Shown one piece after another: positions 24,651 to 37,709 of a stretch of 64,000 bases of DNA. The notes under the pieces are model-generated. The model was not told the DNA's origin and searched no databases. It saw nothing but the letters and a program-made list of their open reading frames with translations. Within the stretch, counting starts at the first letter, position 1. Each line of letters starts with the position of its first letter. Position numbers and translations under genes: made by a program. The stretch is from the NCBI RefSeq assembly GCF_035084215.1, contig NW_027138407.1, positions 744,001-808,000 of the forward strand, in the 5' to 3' direction. Origin of the DNA: Heptranchias perlo (taxonomy: Eukaryota).

Positions 24651-27600
24651 CAACAACAATATCAACAACTTGCATTTATATAGCGTTTTCACTGTAGTAA
24701 AACGTCCCAAGGCGCTTCATAGAAGCGATTATCAAACAAAATTTGACACTGAGCCACATAGGGAGATATTAGAACAGGTGACGAAAAACTTGGTGAATGC
24801 AATAGGATTTAAGGGCCAGACTGGGAGCACAGGGGTGATGAGTGAACGGGACTTGGAGCGAGTTAGGATACAGACAGCAGAGTTTTGGATGACCTCACGT
24901 CTATGGAGGGTGAAGATGGGTGGATGGCCAGGAGAGCATTGGAATAGTCAACTCTAGAGGAAAGAAAGGCATGGGTGAGGGTTTCAGCAGCAGATGAGCT
25001 GAGGCAGGGGCGGAGACGGGCGATATTACCGAGGTGAAAGTAGGCGGTCTTGGTGATGGAGTGAATATGTGGTCAGCAGCTTATCTCAGGGTCAAAGGGG
25101 ACGCCCAAGGTTGCGAACAGTCCGGTTCAGCCTCAGACACTGGCCAGGGAGAGGGATGGAGTTGGCGACTGGGGAACGGAGTTTGTGGCAGGGACTGAAG
25201 ACAATGGCTTCGATCTTCCCAATATTTAGTTGGAGGTTATTTCTGCTCATCCAGTACTGGATGTTGGACAAGCAGTGTGACAAATCAGAGACAGTGGAGC
25301 GGTCGAGGGTGGTGATGGTGCGGTAGAGCTGGTTGTCGTTAATGGACATGTGGAACCTGATGTCATGTTTTCGGATGATATCACCGAGGGGCAGCATGTA
25401 GATGAGAAATAGGAGGGGGCCAAGGATAGATCCCTGGGGGTCTCCAGAGGTATCGGTGTGGCAGTGGGAAGGGAAACCATTGCAGGTGATTCTTTGGCTA
25501 TGACTGGATAGATAAGATTGGAACCAGGCGAGGGCAGTCCCTTCCAGCTGGACGACGGAGGAGAGGCATTGGAGGAGGATGGTGTGGTCGACCGTGTTAA
25601 AGGCTGCAGTCACGGTCACATAGGATGTCATTTGTGAGTTTGATAAGGGTTGTTTCATTCAAGTGCGAGGGCCGGAAATCAGATTGGAGGGATTCAAACA
25701 TGGAGTTGGGAGAAAGATGGACACGGATTTGAGAGGCAACAATCCGTTAAAGGACTTTGGAGAGGAAAGGGAGGTTGGAGATGGGGCGGTAGTTTGCAAG
25801 GACATAGGGGTGATGATGGCAGATTTGAAAGAGCAGAGAATAGTGCCTGAGAAGAGGGAATCGTTAACAATATCAGCTAACATGGGGGCCTGGAAGGGAA
25901 GTTGAGTGGTCAGCAGCTTGGTGGGAATAGGGTCGAGGGAGCAGGAGGTGGGTCTCATGGTCAAGATGAGCTCGGGGAGGGCATGAGGGGCGATAGGAGA
26001 GAAAGTAGAGAAAGATGTGAATTCAGGGCTCGGGCAATGGGAAGTTTGGCTCAGTGGGCTAGAGCAAGGCAGGGAAGTGGCAGAGGCAGCTGAATGGATG
26101 GTCTCAATCTTAGAGACAAAAAAGTGCATAAGCTCCTCGCACTTGTTGATGGAGGTGCGGGTGGAGGAGGCAGGGGAGAGGGGTTTAAGAAGATGGTTTG
26201 CGGTGAAGAGAAGCCGGGAGTTATCTTTGTATTCTAGACTGAGCCTGGAATAGTGATCAGTTTTGGCAGAGGACAGCAGGACCCGATAATACTTTATGTG
26301 GTCCAGCCAAATCTGGCGATAAATGGATAAACCAGTTGTCCGCCATACACTTTCAAGTGTGCGTCCTTTGGAGGTAAAGGATTGGAGATGATGGTCGTCC
26401 GAAGGGGAATGAAAAGGTTGAGAGAGAGTAATGGTTTTAATGGGGACAAGGGCATTAGTGGTGGCGGTGAGGGTGTGATTGAACTGACCGATGGCTGCAG
26501 AAATGTCAAAGCATCGATAGTTGGGAATTTGAAAGTGCCGTTGTAAGTTGCTTGGGGGAGAGTTTTTTCCAGGGGCGGACACAGAAGTAAGTGGGTTTGG
26601 GAGGGGGAAGGGAAATGTGGGTGGAGAGGGATACAAGGAAGTCCTCAGAGATGGCCTTATCTGCAATTGACATGATGGCAGCAGAGAGGCCACGTGAGAT
26701 AACAAGATCGAGGGGGCGGCTGTGAAGATGGGTAATGGAGTTAAATGGAGGGAGATATTAAGGGAGGATAAGAGGGCAGTGAAATCACCAATAACCTGCT
26801 CACCGATGCTCAGTTTGGGTTCCGCCAGGACCACTCGGCTCCAGACCTCATTACAGCCTTGGTTCAAACATGGACAAAAGAGTTGAATTCCAGAGGTGAG
26901 GTGAGAGTGACTGCCCTTGACATCAAGGCAGCATTTGACCGAGTGTGGCACCAAGGAGCCCGAGTAAAATTGAAGTCAATGGGAATCAGGGGGAAAACTC
27001 TCCAGTGGCTGGAGTCATACCTCGCACAAAGGAAAATGGTAGTTGTTGGAGGCCAATCATCTCAGCCCCAGGGCATTACTGCAGGAGTTCCTCAGGGCAG
27101 TGTCCCAGCCCAACCATCTTCAGCTGCTTCATCAATGACCTTCCCTCCATCATAAGGTCAGAAATGGGGATGTTCGCGGATGATTGCACAGTGTTCAGTT
27201 CCATTCGCAACCCCTCAAATAATGAAGCAGTCCGAGCCCGCATGCAGCAAGACCTGGACAATATCCAGGATTGGGCTTATGAGTGGCAAGTAACATTCAC
27301 GCCAGACAAGTGCCAGGCAATGACCATCTCCAACAAGAGAGAGTTTAACCACCTCCCCTTGACATTCAACGACATTACCATCGCCGAATCCCCCACCATC
27401 AACATCCTGGGGGTCACCATTGACCAGAAACTTAACTGGACCAGCCACATAAATACTGTGGCTACGAGAGCAGGTCAGAGGCTGGGTATTCTGCGGCGAG
27501 TGACTCACCTCCTGACTCCCAAAAGCCTTTCCACCATCTACAAAGCACAAGTCAGGAGTGTGATGGAATACTCTCCACTTGCCTGGATCAGTGCAGCTCC

Positions 27601-28690
27601 AACAACACTCAAGAAGCTCGACACCATCCAGGACAAAGCAGCCCGCTTGATTGGCACACCATCCACCACCCCAAACATTCACTCCCTTCACCACCGGCGC
27701 GCAGTGGCTGCAGTGTGGACCATCCACAGGATGGACTGCAGCAACTCGCCAAGGCTTCTTCAACAGCACCTCCCAAACCCGCGACCTCTACCACCTAGAA
27801 GGACAAGAGCAGCAGACACATGGAAACAACACCACCTGCACGTTCCCCTCCTGGTCACACACCATCCCGACTTGGAAATATATCGCCATTCCTTCATCGT
27901 CGCTGGGTCAAAATCCTGGAACTCCCTTCCTAACAGCACTGTGGGAGAACCGTCACCACACGGACTGCAGTGGTTCAAGAAGGCGGCTCACCACCACCTT
28001 CTTAAGGGCAATTAGGGATGGGCAATAAATGCCGGCCTTGCCAGCGACGCCCAAATCCCGTGAACGAATAAAGAAAATGTCGCTCGTTGCACAGGAGCTG
28101 AGGGAGGAAAGCAGCGAAGACACCTCGGTGATGAACATGGTGGTACTTGGGTGGCAGGTAAATAACGAGGATTTTTAAGGGATAGGTGAGAGGGATGGAA
28201 CAAGGTGAGATGCTCAAATGTGGAGTAGGGGGACAGTCCAAGATGTGAGTTGGCCATAAGGGCCACGTCACCATTGTGTCGGTCTGGACGGAGCAAGTGG
28301 TGGAAGGTATAACCAAGCGTGGCGTGGAGACTTCATTAAGGGGGAAGGTGTCAACACCCGTCAGCTAGGTTTTCGTCCAGGCCATATCAATACAATCATC
28401 CACAATTAGCATATGGCTGTCAAGGGCATTGTTCACAAATGAACGGGCATTCTGGAGGGAGATGCGGAGAGGGCGTTGATCGCTGATCCACTGGCAGAGT
28501 CTACAGGGTCAGGGCTGGGAGGGGTGAGTCGAACGGGAAGGAGATTGGCAAGAATAGCCCCCATTGGGCGCATTGGGTGGCAGTTAGGGATGCTGCTGGT
28601 AATGAGCCAGCGATAAGTGCATCCATGAGCCCTTTGGAGGATGCCACGAGAGGCACAGATGGTTGCTGTGGGCTGAGCCACCAGAGTGGA
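24651..28690 (-). mobile_element. Long degraded L2-type LINE (interrupted at 26786-28075)
   Basis: ORFs 25092-25658 (AFNTVDH..PQGSILGPLLF) and 25659-26785 (PTSCSLDPIPTKLL); L2 tail near 24651. Confidence 0.85.
26786..28075 (+). mobile_element. Younger non-LTR retrotransposon (CR1/L2 group) nested in the L2
   Basis: RT motifs LDIKAAFDRVWH, GVPQGS, FADD; the same 3' end occurs at 41671-42120, 42851-43803 and ~12234-12340. Confidence 0.88.
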
Positions 28691-29287
28691 GATGAGGAGA
28701 TTTTTTTTTAACGCAGCGTGATATTATGATCTGAAATGGACTGGCTGAAAGGGTGATGGAAGCAGATTCAATCGTAACTTTCAGAAGGGAACTGGAGAAA
28801 TACTTGAACTGGAGAAAATTGAGGGTATGGGGAAAGAGCTGAGGTGAGTGGGACTAATTGGATAACTCTTTCAAAGAGCCGGCATAGGCACGATGGGCCG
28901 AATGGCCTTCTTCCGTGCTGTATGATTCTATGATATTGGAGATGATGCAAATACAAGAATTTCAATCCTAAGTAGCGATTTGCTACAGAAATCTATCAAG
29001 TTCGCTGTCCCTAAATTGATAACACAGCAATTGTTTCATACAGCACTCATATATGAAGGGTTTTGATCTTTAAATAGGGAGAAACGGTTTTCACTGGCGG
29101 GAGGAGGCACAGATTCATGAATAGAGCCCCAGCCTATTCAGTCTTTCCTGATAGGTGTAACCTGATCGGTTAGTATCGAAGAGTAAAATCCGTGAAGATT
29201 CAATTATCCAAATGCAGAATGAAATATTGAACTTGAGGAGACGTTTCTCAAACACATATGCACAATCTTTCGTTCAAAATGCACATT

Positions 29288-29320
29288 GTCCATAGCAACG
29301 GGCAGCCAGTAGAGGGCGCC
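29288..29320 (+). promoter_or_regulatory. CTCF-like motif with adjacent RFX X-box-like motif
   Basis: CCAGTAGAGGGCGC (29306-29319); GTCCATAGCAAC (29288-29299). Confidence 0.45.
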
Positions 29321-29482
29321 CATCACGCGTACCACCTTACAAAAGCAGAGAGGAAACGTGCAAGAAAAGTGGAGCCACCCAGAACTGGTCAAATTAAACA
29401 AAATCTGCTTGCTAGTTATTACTTATTGGTTAGTTGCCACATAACGGAAACAGAAATCCAAATGCTATTCAGCCATCCGTCA

Positions 29483-32400
29483 TATACTGGATAGGGAAAG
29501 CAAGCTTTCAGAAAAAGTAATTAATTCTGGGTTGTTTTAAATATTTAGAAAGGAACTGTGTGAATATCTGCCGATAACGGGGGATTGAGCGTTCCAGAGA
29601 TACTGGAATAACTGCTTGCTTCACATGGGGGTTATGATTCAAATGCATTTGGTGTTAAATTGGGTAATGCTAAACGTTTATAAATCACTGGCTAGGCCGC
29701 AGCTGGAGTATTGTGTTCAATTCTGGGCACCACACGTTCGGAAGGATGTCAAGGTCCTGGAGAAGGTAGCAGGGATGAGGGACATCAGGTATGTAGAGAG
29801 ACTGGAGAAGCTGGGGTTGTTCTCCTTAGAGCAGAGAAGGTTACGGGGAAATTTAGTAGAGGTGGTCAAAATTATGAGGGGGTTTGTTCGAGTAGATAGG
29901 ATGGGGATGAGAGGAGATATTTTTACACAGCGAGTTCTTATGATCTGGAATGCACTGCCTGAAAGAATGGTGGAAGCCGAGTCAATACTTGCTTTCAAAA
30001 GGAAGTTGGATTTATACTTGAAAATGAGTCGTGTGGAGCATAAAACCAGGCATGGATCTGTTGGGCCGAATAGCCTGTTTCTGTGCTGTGTATTCCATGT
30101 AAAAAGAACAAAATGAGAAATTACAGGGCTGTGGAGAAAGAGCAGTGGAAGTAGGACTAATTGTGTAGTTCTTTCAAAGAGACGACACAGGCACAATGGG
30201 CCGAATGGCCTCCTTCTTCGCTGTATGATTCTGTGATTCTAAGAATTGAGCTGTTTCCCTTTTCTGCTGAGGTGCGTCACTCTACGCATTGACTGCCAAT
30301 CAATGATAATACAGATAGGGCACTGTTGCACTGCGCTACTTGCAGCAGCCGAGCTCACTGCACGTTTTGTTTTGGATTAACTCTGTAAGTGCTGGACCAT
30401 CATATCCGCTTTTAAGTCAGACTCTCGTACTGATAAATGAACAAACTAGAGCATGAAGTTAGATTATTTTAATGTCCTGGAAGAAAGAGCACATTTCAAA
30501 ATAATTTCTTTCCTTCTTTCTCTTTTTCTCTTTCTTTCTTTCTCCCTTTCGTTCTTTCTCTCTTTCTTTCTTCCTTTCTTTCTTGATGTTTTTTCTTCTA
30601 TTTTTATTTTTTTCTTGTTTTTATTTGTAGCTTACCGTTTAATTCATAATGTTTTCTGGGTGTCTTGGTGTCCAGAAAAAAAACGAAGTCGTCATGACTT
30701 TTTCTGCTTCACGGTTAAAGTAAATAACTTTATGAGAAAAGAAAGATTGAAACCGGACCTGTTTTTATGACAATGAAGAAGATCAAAAGCAGACATTTAT
30801 TAAAGGCTTTAACAAGATAAATATGGGACAAAATATTACCAATGCCCGATCAGTCGAAAACTGAAGGTAGTGAATTTAATGCCACTACCAAAAAAATTCA
30901 GAATAAAATTCTTGACCCAGAGAGTGTTGAGAATGTGGAACTTGCTATCACGTGGAATGATTGAAGGGAATAGCATAGATGCATTTAGGGGGAAGCTACA
31001 TAAGTACATGAGGGAGAAAGGAGTAGAAAGCATGTTGAGAGAGTGAGATGAAGTAGGGTGGGAGAAGGCTCACGTGGAGCATAAACACCGGCGTAGACCA
31101 GTTGGGCCGAGTGGCCTGTTCCTGTGCTGTAAATGCTATAACAAAACGAAGGAAGAGAATAGAGGATATTTTGAATATTCTGGCAGAAACAGTGATGGAA
31201 ATAGCGATAGACTTAGTATTCACAACAAAGGAAAGCCTGCAAAAATTTTAAGCTAAACAAATAGCAGGGGGAAAGTACATGAGAAATAGGACTGGGTGGG
31301 TAGCTCTTTTAAAATTCAGAGATGCATTTAGATGAAGTTAGACAAGTATACGGGAGAGAAAGGACTAGAAGGATATGATGATAGGGTGAGATGAAGTAGG
31401 GAGTGAGGACGCTCGTGTGGAGCATAAACGCCAGCACAGACCAGTTGGGCCGAATGGCCTGTTTCTGTGCTGTATATTCCATGTAAAAAAAAACGAGAGC
31501 GGACCGAATGACCATATTACGCATTGTAAAATGCGACGAGTTTATGAAAAATGAAGAGATTGTAACTCAGAGAAGTGCTATTTCTGAAAGGACCGTACCC
31601 TAAATGAGATTCTGCTAGTTGAAATGCAAGTGAAGGTATCACATGTCACAGTGTGTCTGCTCCATATCTTGATATTATTGAAATGTAGGTTAAGCTTTCA
31701 CCTGCAATGAACCAAAATGTTGAATCAGAAGGTCATGGGTTCAAGACCCATTCAAGTGACTGGAGCAATCAGGCGCTCGCCGTATACTGGATACGGAAAG
31801 CAAGCTATCAGAAAAGGTAATTAATTCTGGGTTGTTTTATACATTTGGTGAGGAACTGAGTGAATATCTGCCGGTAAAGGGGGATTGAGTAATATTGGCA
31901 TAACTGCTTGCTACACATGTGGGTTATGATTCAAATACATTTGGTGCTGCATGGGGTAACGCTTCGTCAACGGATTCTAAACCTTTATAAATCACAGGCT
32001 AGGCCGCAGCTGGAGTATTGTGTTCAACTCTGGCCACCACACTTTCGGAAGGATGTCAAGGCCCTGGAGAAGATACCAGGGATGAGGGACTTCAGTTATG
32101 TGGAGAGACTGGAGAAGCTGGGATTGTTCTCCTTAGAGCAGAGAAGGTTAAGGGGAGATTTATTATAGGTGGTCAAAATTATAAGGGGTTTTGATCGAGT
32201 AGATAGGGTGGGGGTGAGAGGAGATTTTTTTTGCACAGCGAATTCTTATGATCTGCAATGCACTACCTGAAAGAATGGTGGAATCCGAGTCAATACTTGC
32301 TTTCAAAAGGGAGTTGGATTTATACTTGATAATGGGTCGTGTGGAGCATAAAAACAGGCATGGACCTGTTGGGCCGAATAGCCTGTTCCTGTGCTGTTTT

Positions 32401-34050
32401 TCTAAGTAAAAAGAACAAAATGAGAAATTGCAGGGCCGTGGAGAAAGAGCAGGGGAAGTGGGACTAATTGTGTAGTTCTTTCAAAGAGCCGGCATCGGCA
32501 CAATGGGCCGAATGGCCTCCTTCTTCGCTGTATGATTCCATGATTCCATGAAATGAGCTGTTTCTCTTTTCTGCTGAGGCGCGTCATTCTACGCATTGAC
32601 TGCCGATCAATGATAATACAGATAGGGCACTGTTGCACTGCGCTACTTGCAGCAGCCGAGCTCACTGCACGTTTTGTTTTGGATTAACTCTCTAATTGCC
32701 GGTCGTTCATATCCGCTTTCAAGTCAGACTCTCGTACTGATATAAGAAAAAACTAGAGCATGAAGTTAGGTTATTTTATTGTCCTGGAAGAAATTGCTCA
32801 ATACAAAATCATGTCTTTCCTTCTTTATCTTTCTCTCTTTCTTTCTTTCTCTCTTTCTTTCTTTCTTAATGTTTTTCTTCTATTTTTATTTTTCCTTTAT
32901 TTTTATATGTATCTTACCGTTTAGTTAATTATGTTTTCTGGGTGTCTTGGTGTCCAGAAAAAAAAACGAAGTCGTCATGACTTTTTCTGCTTCACGGTTT
33001 ATTAGAAAAGAAAGATTGAAACCGGAGCTGTTTTTATAACAATGAAGAAGATCAAAAGCAGACATTTATTAGAGGCTTTAACAAGATAAATATGGGACAA
33101 AATATTACCAATGTCCCATCAGTCGAAAACTAAAGGTGGTGAGTTTAATACCACTACCAAAAAAATTCAGGATAAACTTCTTGACCCAGACAGTGTTGAG
33201 AATGTGGAACTTGCTACCACGTGGAATGATTGAGGGGAATAGCATAGATGCATTTCGGGGGACGCTGCATAAATACACGAGGGAGAAAGGAATAGAAAGG
33301 ATGTTGAGAGAGTGAGATTAAGTAGGGTGGGAGAAGACTCGTGTGGAGCATAAACCCCGGCATTGACCAGTTGGGCCGAGTGCCCTGTTCCTGTGCTCTA
33401 AATTCTATGTAATAAATTCGAAGGTAGAGAATAGTGGATATTTAGAATATTCTGGTAGAGACAGTGATGAAAATAGTGTTAGACATAGTATTCATAACGA
33501 CTTTCAAAGGAAAGCCTGCAAATATTTTAAAGCGAAACAAAGAGCAGGGGGGAAAGTACATGAAAAATAGGAGTAGGTGGGTCGCTCTTTTAAAATTCAT
33601 AGATGCATTTAGATGGAGTTAGATAAGTATACGAGAGAGAAAGGACTAGAAGGATATGATGATAGGGTGAGATGAAGTTGGGAGGGAGGAGACTCGTGTG
33701 GACCAAGAACACCAGCAGGAACCTGTAGGGCCGAATGGCCTGTTTCTGTGCTGTTCATTCCATGTAAAAAAAAAGCAAGGGAGCGGACCGAATGACCATA
33801 TTATGTGTTGTAAAATGTGATGAGTTTATAAAAAATGAAGAGATTGTAACTCAGAGAAGTGCTATTTCTGAAAGGACCGTATCCTAAATGAGATTCTGCT
33901 AGGTGAAATGCAACTGAAGGTATCACATGTCACAGTGTGTCTGCTACATATCTTGATATTATTGTCACGTAGGTTATGCTTTCACCTGCAATGAACCAAA
34001 ATATTAAGTCAGAAGACCGTGGGTTCAACTCCCACTCCAGAGACTGGAGC
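29483..34050. repeat. ~2.3-kb tandem duplication (29483-31767 and 31783-34050) of CR1 fragments and unique DNA
   Basis: TATACTGGATA.GGAAAGCAAGCT..TAATTAATTCTGGG starts both copies, which stay colinear to ..TCAGAAG..GGGTTCAA..CTGGAGCA. Confidence 0.9.
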
Positions 34051-35735
34051 AGAAAACCAATGCCAGCACTCCCGGTGCAGTATTGAGGGAAATGTTGCAC
34101 TGTCTTCCCGACGAGACGTTAAACTGAGGCCCTTTCTGCCCTCCGAGATGGACGTAAAAGATCCCATGGCACTGTTTCGAAGATAAGTTCTCCCCGGTCC
34201 AATATTCATCCAACAGCTTATCTGGTTATTATCACATTGCTGTTGGAGGGATCTTGCTGTGCACAAATTAACTTCTGCGTTTCCTACATTACAATAGTGA
34301 TTCCACTCCAAAAAGGTACTTAATTGGCTGTACAGTTCTTTGGGGCGTGCTGAGGTCCTGAAATCCGCCATATAAATGGGAGTTCTTTCTTTCTCTTTTA
34401 GATTTAAGTCGAAGGCCCCAAAACCCTTACTAAGTGCCATTCCCCATCTTGAAAGGAGCCGGAGAGAAGCCCAGATAAGTCAACAATAGGTGGTAAGGAG
34501 TGGCAGCATGTTGGGCCTTACAAACTCATAGACCATCGGACGAAGGGAAGAGTGTGGAGAGGACTTCCGCAGCTCACCTGCTCCTGGGAAAGAATGAGAT
34601 AGTATACCATGAATCGCAGACTATAGAACCATGGAATCCAGTGCAGGGAATGGTCATTAGGTTCAATATCTCAGTCCTTGTGTTGTTTCTACATGAATCA
34701 GGGCCTAGTCGATACTTGAGGGCGCGGGAAACAGATTGAAATCCACCCAGTTAAATTTCTGCACCTACATGCTTTGCTCACTGCATGCTGGCGTAGATTT
34801 TCGCCTTTGCCCTATGGGTTCGAATCATCGCTTGGAAGGGGCACAGCAAAGGAGATTGGCCGGATTGGTTGGAACGCCCCGAACAGAACGAGCCGGATTT
34901 TTGTTCTGTTAATTTCAATGGACATACAATCAGGCGGGTTCACTTCCTGATATGGCAGGAATTACTGCCCATCCCTCGTTCCCCGAGGACATTCACAGGC
35001 AACCACATACTGTGAGATTGAATTCAGGCGTAGGTCATACCCTTTGGTGTGGGGATACCCTATCGGACGGCGGGGTGGTCCGCACGGCTGGGCCCACAAT
35101 CCAGGGCTATGGAAGCCTTCTCCTCGTTGGCAGACTTCCCATGCTTCCCTCGCCCTCTGCTATTCCATTGTAACCATTTACACTTCCTTTACTTGTCCCA
35201 TTACCAACTCCCCTCACCTTTGCTTACATCATCATCCCTGCTGTCATTTCATCATCTCCTGCCCCTCCACCCTCTCACGGACCTGCCCTTTTGTTCTTTC
35301 CCTCCCTCCTTTTTCCCTGGCTCTGTGTTTGCTTAAGAACTGTTCATCTCTGATATCTTCCAGTTCTGATGAAAGGTCATCGAACCGAAACATTAATTTT
35401 GTTTCTCTCTCCACATATGCTGCCTGACCCGCTGAGTGTTTCCAGCAATTTCTGTTTTTATTTCAAGTCTCCAGCGTCTGCAATATTTTGCCAATGCAGT
35501 AGGGCTCCTGAAAGCCATTAGTGGCCCATTTCGGTTATTACCACAATCCCGCTGCATTCATTGTAAATTTATCTGGTACTCGATGGTAAATTAACAGATG
35601 TAAAAAAAACAATTTGACAAATTACCAATGGTGGGATTTGTACTTACCATGTCTATATGTATTTTAAGGGGAAGGGGAGACTAGAGGGGAGGGACGGGAC
35701 AATCTCACCTAAATATCTTTCATGGAAGTAGATCA

Positions 35736-36568
35736 ACATAGAAACATAGAAAATAGGAACAGGGGTAGGCCATTTGGCCCTTCGAGCCTGCTCCACCATT
35801 CAATATGACCGTGGCTGATCCTCTATCTCAATACCACATTCCTGCTCTCTCCCCATACCCCTTGATGCCTTTTGTGTCTAGAAATCTATCCAGCTCCTTA
35901 TTAAATATATTCAGTGAATTGGCCTCCACAGCCTTCTGGGGTAGAGAATTCCACAGGTTCACCACCCTCTGAGTGAAGAAATTTCTCCTCATCTCAGTCC
36001 TAAATGTCCTACCCCGTATCCTGAGACTGTGACCCCTCGTTCTAGACCCCCCAGCCAGGGGAAACATCCCTCCTGCATCCAGTCTGTCTAGCCCTGTCAG
36101 AATTTTATATGTTTCAATGAGATCCCCTCTCATTCTTCTAAACTCGAGTGAATACAGGCCGAGTCGACCCAATCACTCCTCATACGACAGTCCTGCCATC
36201 CCAGGAATCAGTCTGGTGAAACTTCGCTGCACTCCCTCTATGGCAAGTATATCCTTTCTTAGGTAAGGAGACCAAAACTGCACACAATACTTCAGGTGTG
36301 GTATCTCCAAGGCCTTGTATAACTGCAGTACGACATCCTTGCTCCTGTACTCAAATCCTCTTGCAATGAAGGCCAACATACCATTTGCCTTCCTAACTGC
36401 TTGCTGCACCTGCATGTTTACTTTCAGTGACTGATGTACAAGGACACCCAGGTCCCTTTGTACATCAACATTTCCCAATCTGTCACCATTTAAATAATAC
36501 TCTGCCTTTCTGTTTTTCCTTCCGAAGTGGATAACTTCACATCTATCCACAGTATACTGCATGTGACA
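35736..36568 (-). mobile_element. CR1-type LINE 3' part
   Basis: ORFs 36173-36574 and 35828-36172 (CEVIHFG, RRMRGDLIETYK, FFTQRVVNLWNSLP). Confidence 0.92.
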
Positions 36569-37284
36569 ATTCAAATACTGTTTAAGTTAGGTGAGGCCTT
36601 GTGTGAAGTTAATAAACAGTTTGATCCAACGTATGGCCGCATTCAGATCTTACATTTAAATGTTGCTTGAGGCAATAACTTCAAAGATTTTTGAGCGATT
36701 AGAGGAGCTGGGATTGTTCCCCTTACAGCAGGGAAGGTTCAGGGGAGATTTCTTATCGGAGTTCAAAATTCTGATAGGGACAAACTTTATCCATTGTTAG
36801 GAGGGTGAGACACAGGTTTAAGATAATTGGCACAAAAAATCCAGATGGGAAATTAGGAGTTTTTCTTTAACGCAGTGACTTGTTGTGATCTGGAATGCAC
36901 TGCCTGACAGGGCGGTGGAAGCAGATTCAATAATAACTTACCAAAGGGAATTGGATATAAACTTGAAAAGGAGAAATTTGCAAGGCTATGAGGAAAGAGC
37001 TGCGGGGGTGTGGGACTAATTGGATAGCTCTTTCAAAGAGCAGGCACAGGCACGATGAGCCGAATGGCCTCCTTCTGTGCTATGTGATTCTTTGATTGTC
37101 AGTAACGAACAAGTGCAGTCACATAGCAACATAGCGACGTTTTTTGATTGACTTTGGTTGCATGTCTAAATAACAGATACAATTGAAGCTTTTAAAAAAG
37201 AAATTCTGTCCCAAATCTGTGTTGCTGAGAAAGTCACTCCTTAATGCTGCTATGTTTTTATATTCTTGCTGATTGCAACATCCG

Positions 37285-37510
37285 CCGTCCCCTCCCCCGC
37301 CTAACTGCCACCTCGCTGCTCGAGTTTCCAGCTCACCGATTAAACCGCACTCTCTCCGTGTGTGCAAACTGACACATTCCGCGACCGTGTTCACTGAAAC
37401 CGCACCTTCAACCCCATTTCCTGCTGCCCTTGGTTGCCTTGTCAACGGGGCTCTGGTTCCCCCAATCAAGAGACAGTTCCTGCGTCGTTATCTCTTAACA
37501 GTTGCTGTCG
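37285..37510. promoter_or_regulatory. Candidate T-cell enhancer/promoter motif cluster
   Basis: AACCGCA RUNX x2 (37343, 37398), TTCCTG ETS x2, CAACGG/CAGTTG MYB-like, TTATCT GATA, CCAAT and a GC box in non-repeat, CpG-richer DNA. Confidence 0.4.
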
Positions 37511-37709
37511 AAACACGAAGCCTGAAGTCAATTAACCCTCCTGATGCCGGGGGGTTGATTTTAAAAAACCGAACGAAAAATTAGGCCATGAACCTTGAGG
37601 CTGATCCAGTGTCACGGTCTTTTGTGCTATTCAATGATTTTAGATTAGAGTGCCGAAAGATTCAAATATAAAATTCAAAGAGATAAGGTAGCTTATTCTG
37701 TATCTTAAG

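Noticed and set aside
25659-26954. 431-aa ORF as a novel protein
   Set aside because: It is a chimera of the antisense strand of one LINE and a frameshifted L2 ORF2
31647-31653. CACAGTG (also at ~33930) as the RSS of an inverted V
   Set aside because: No nonamer and no YYC-type V exon upstream
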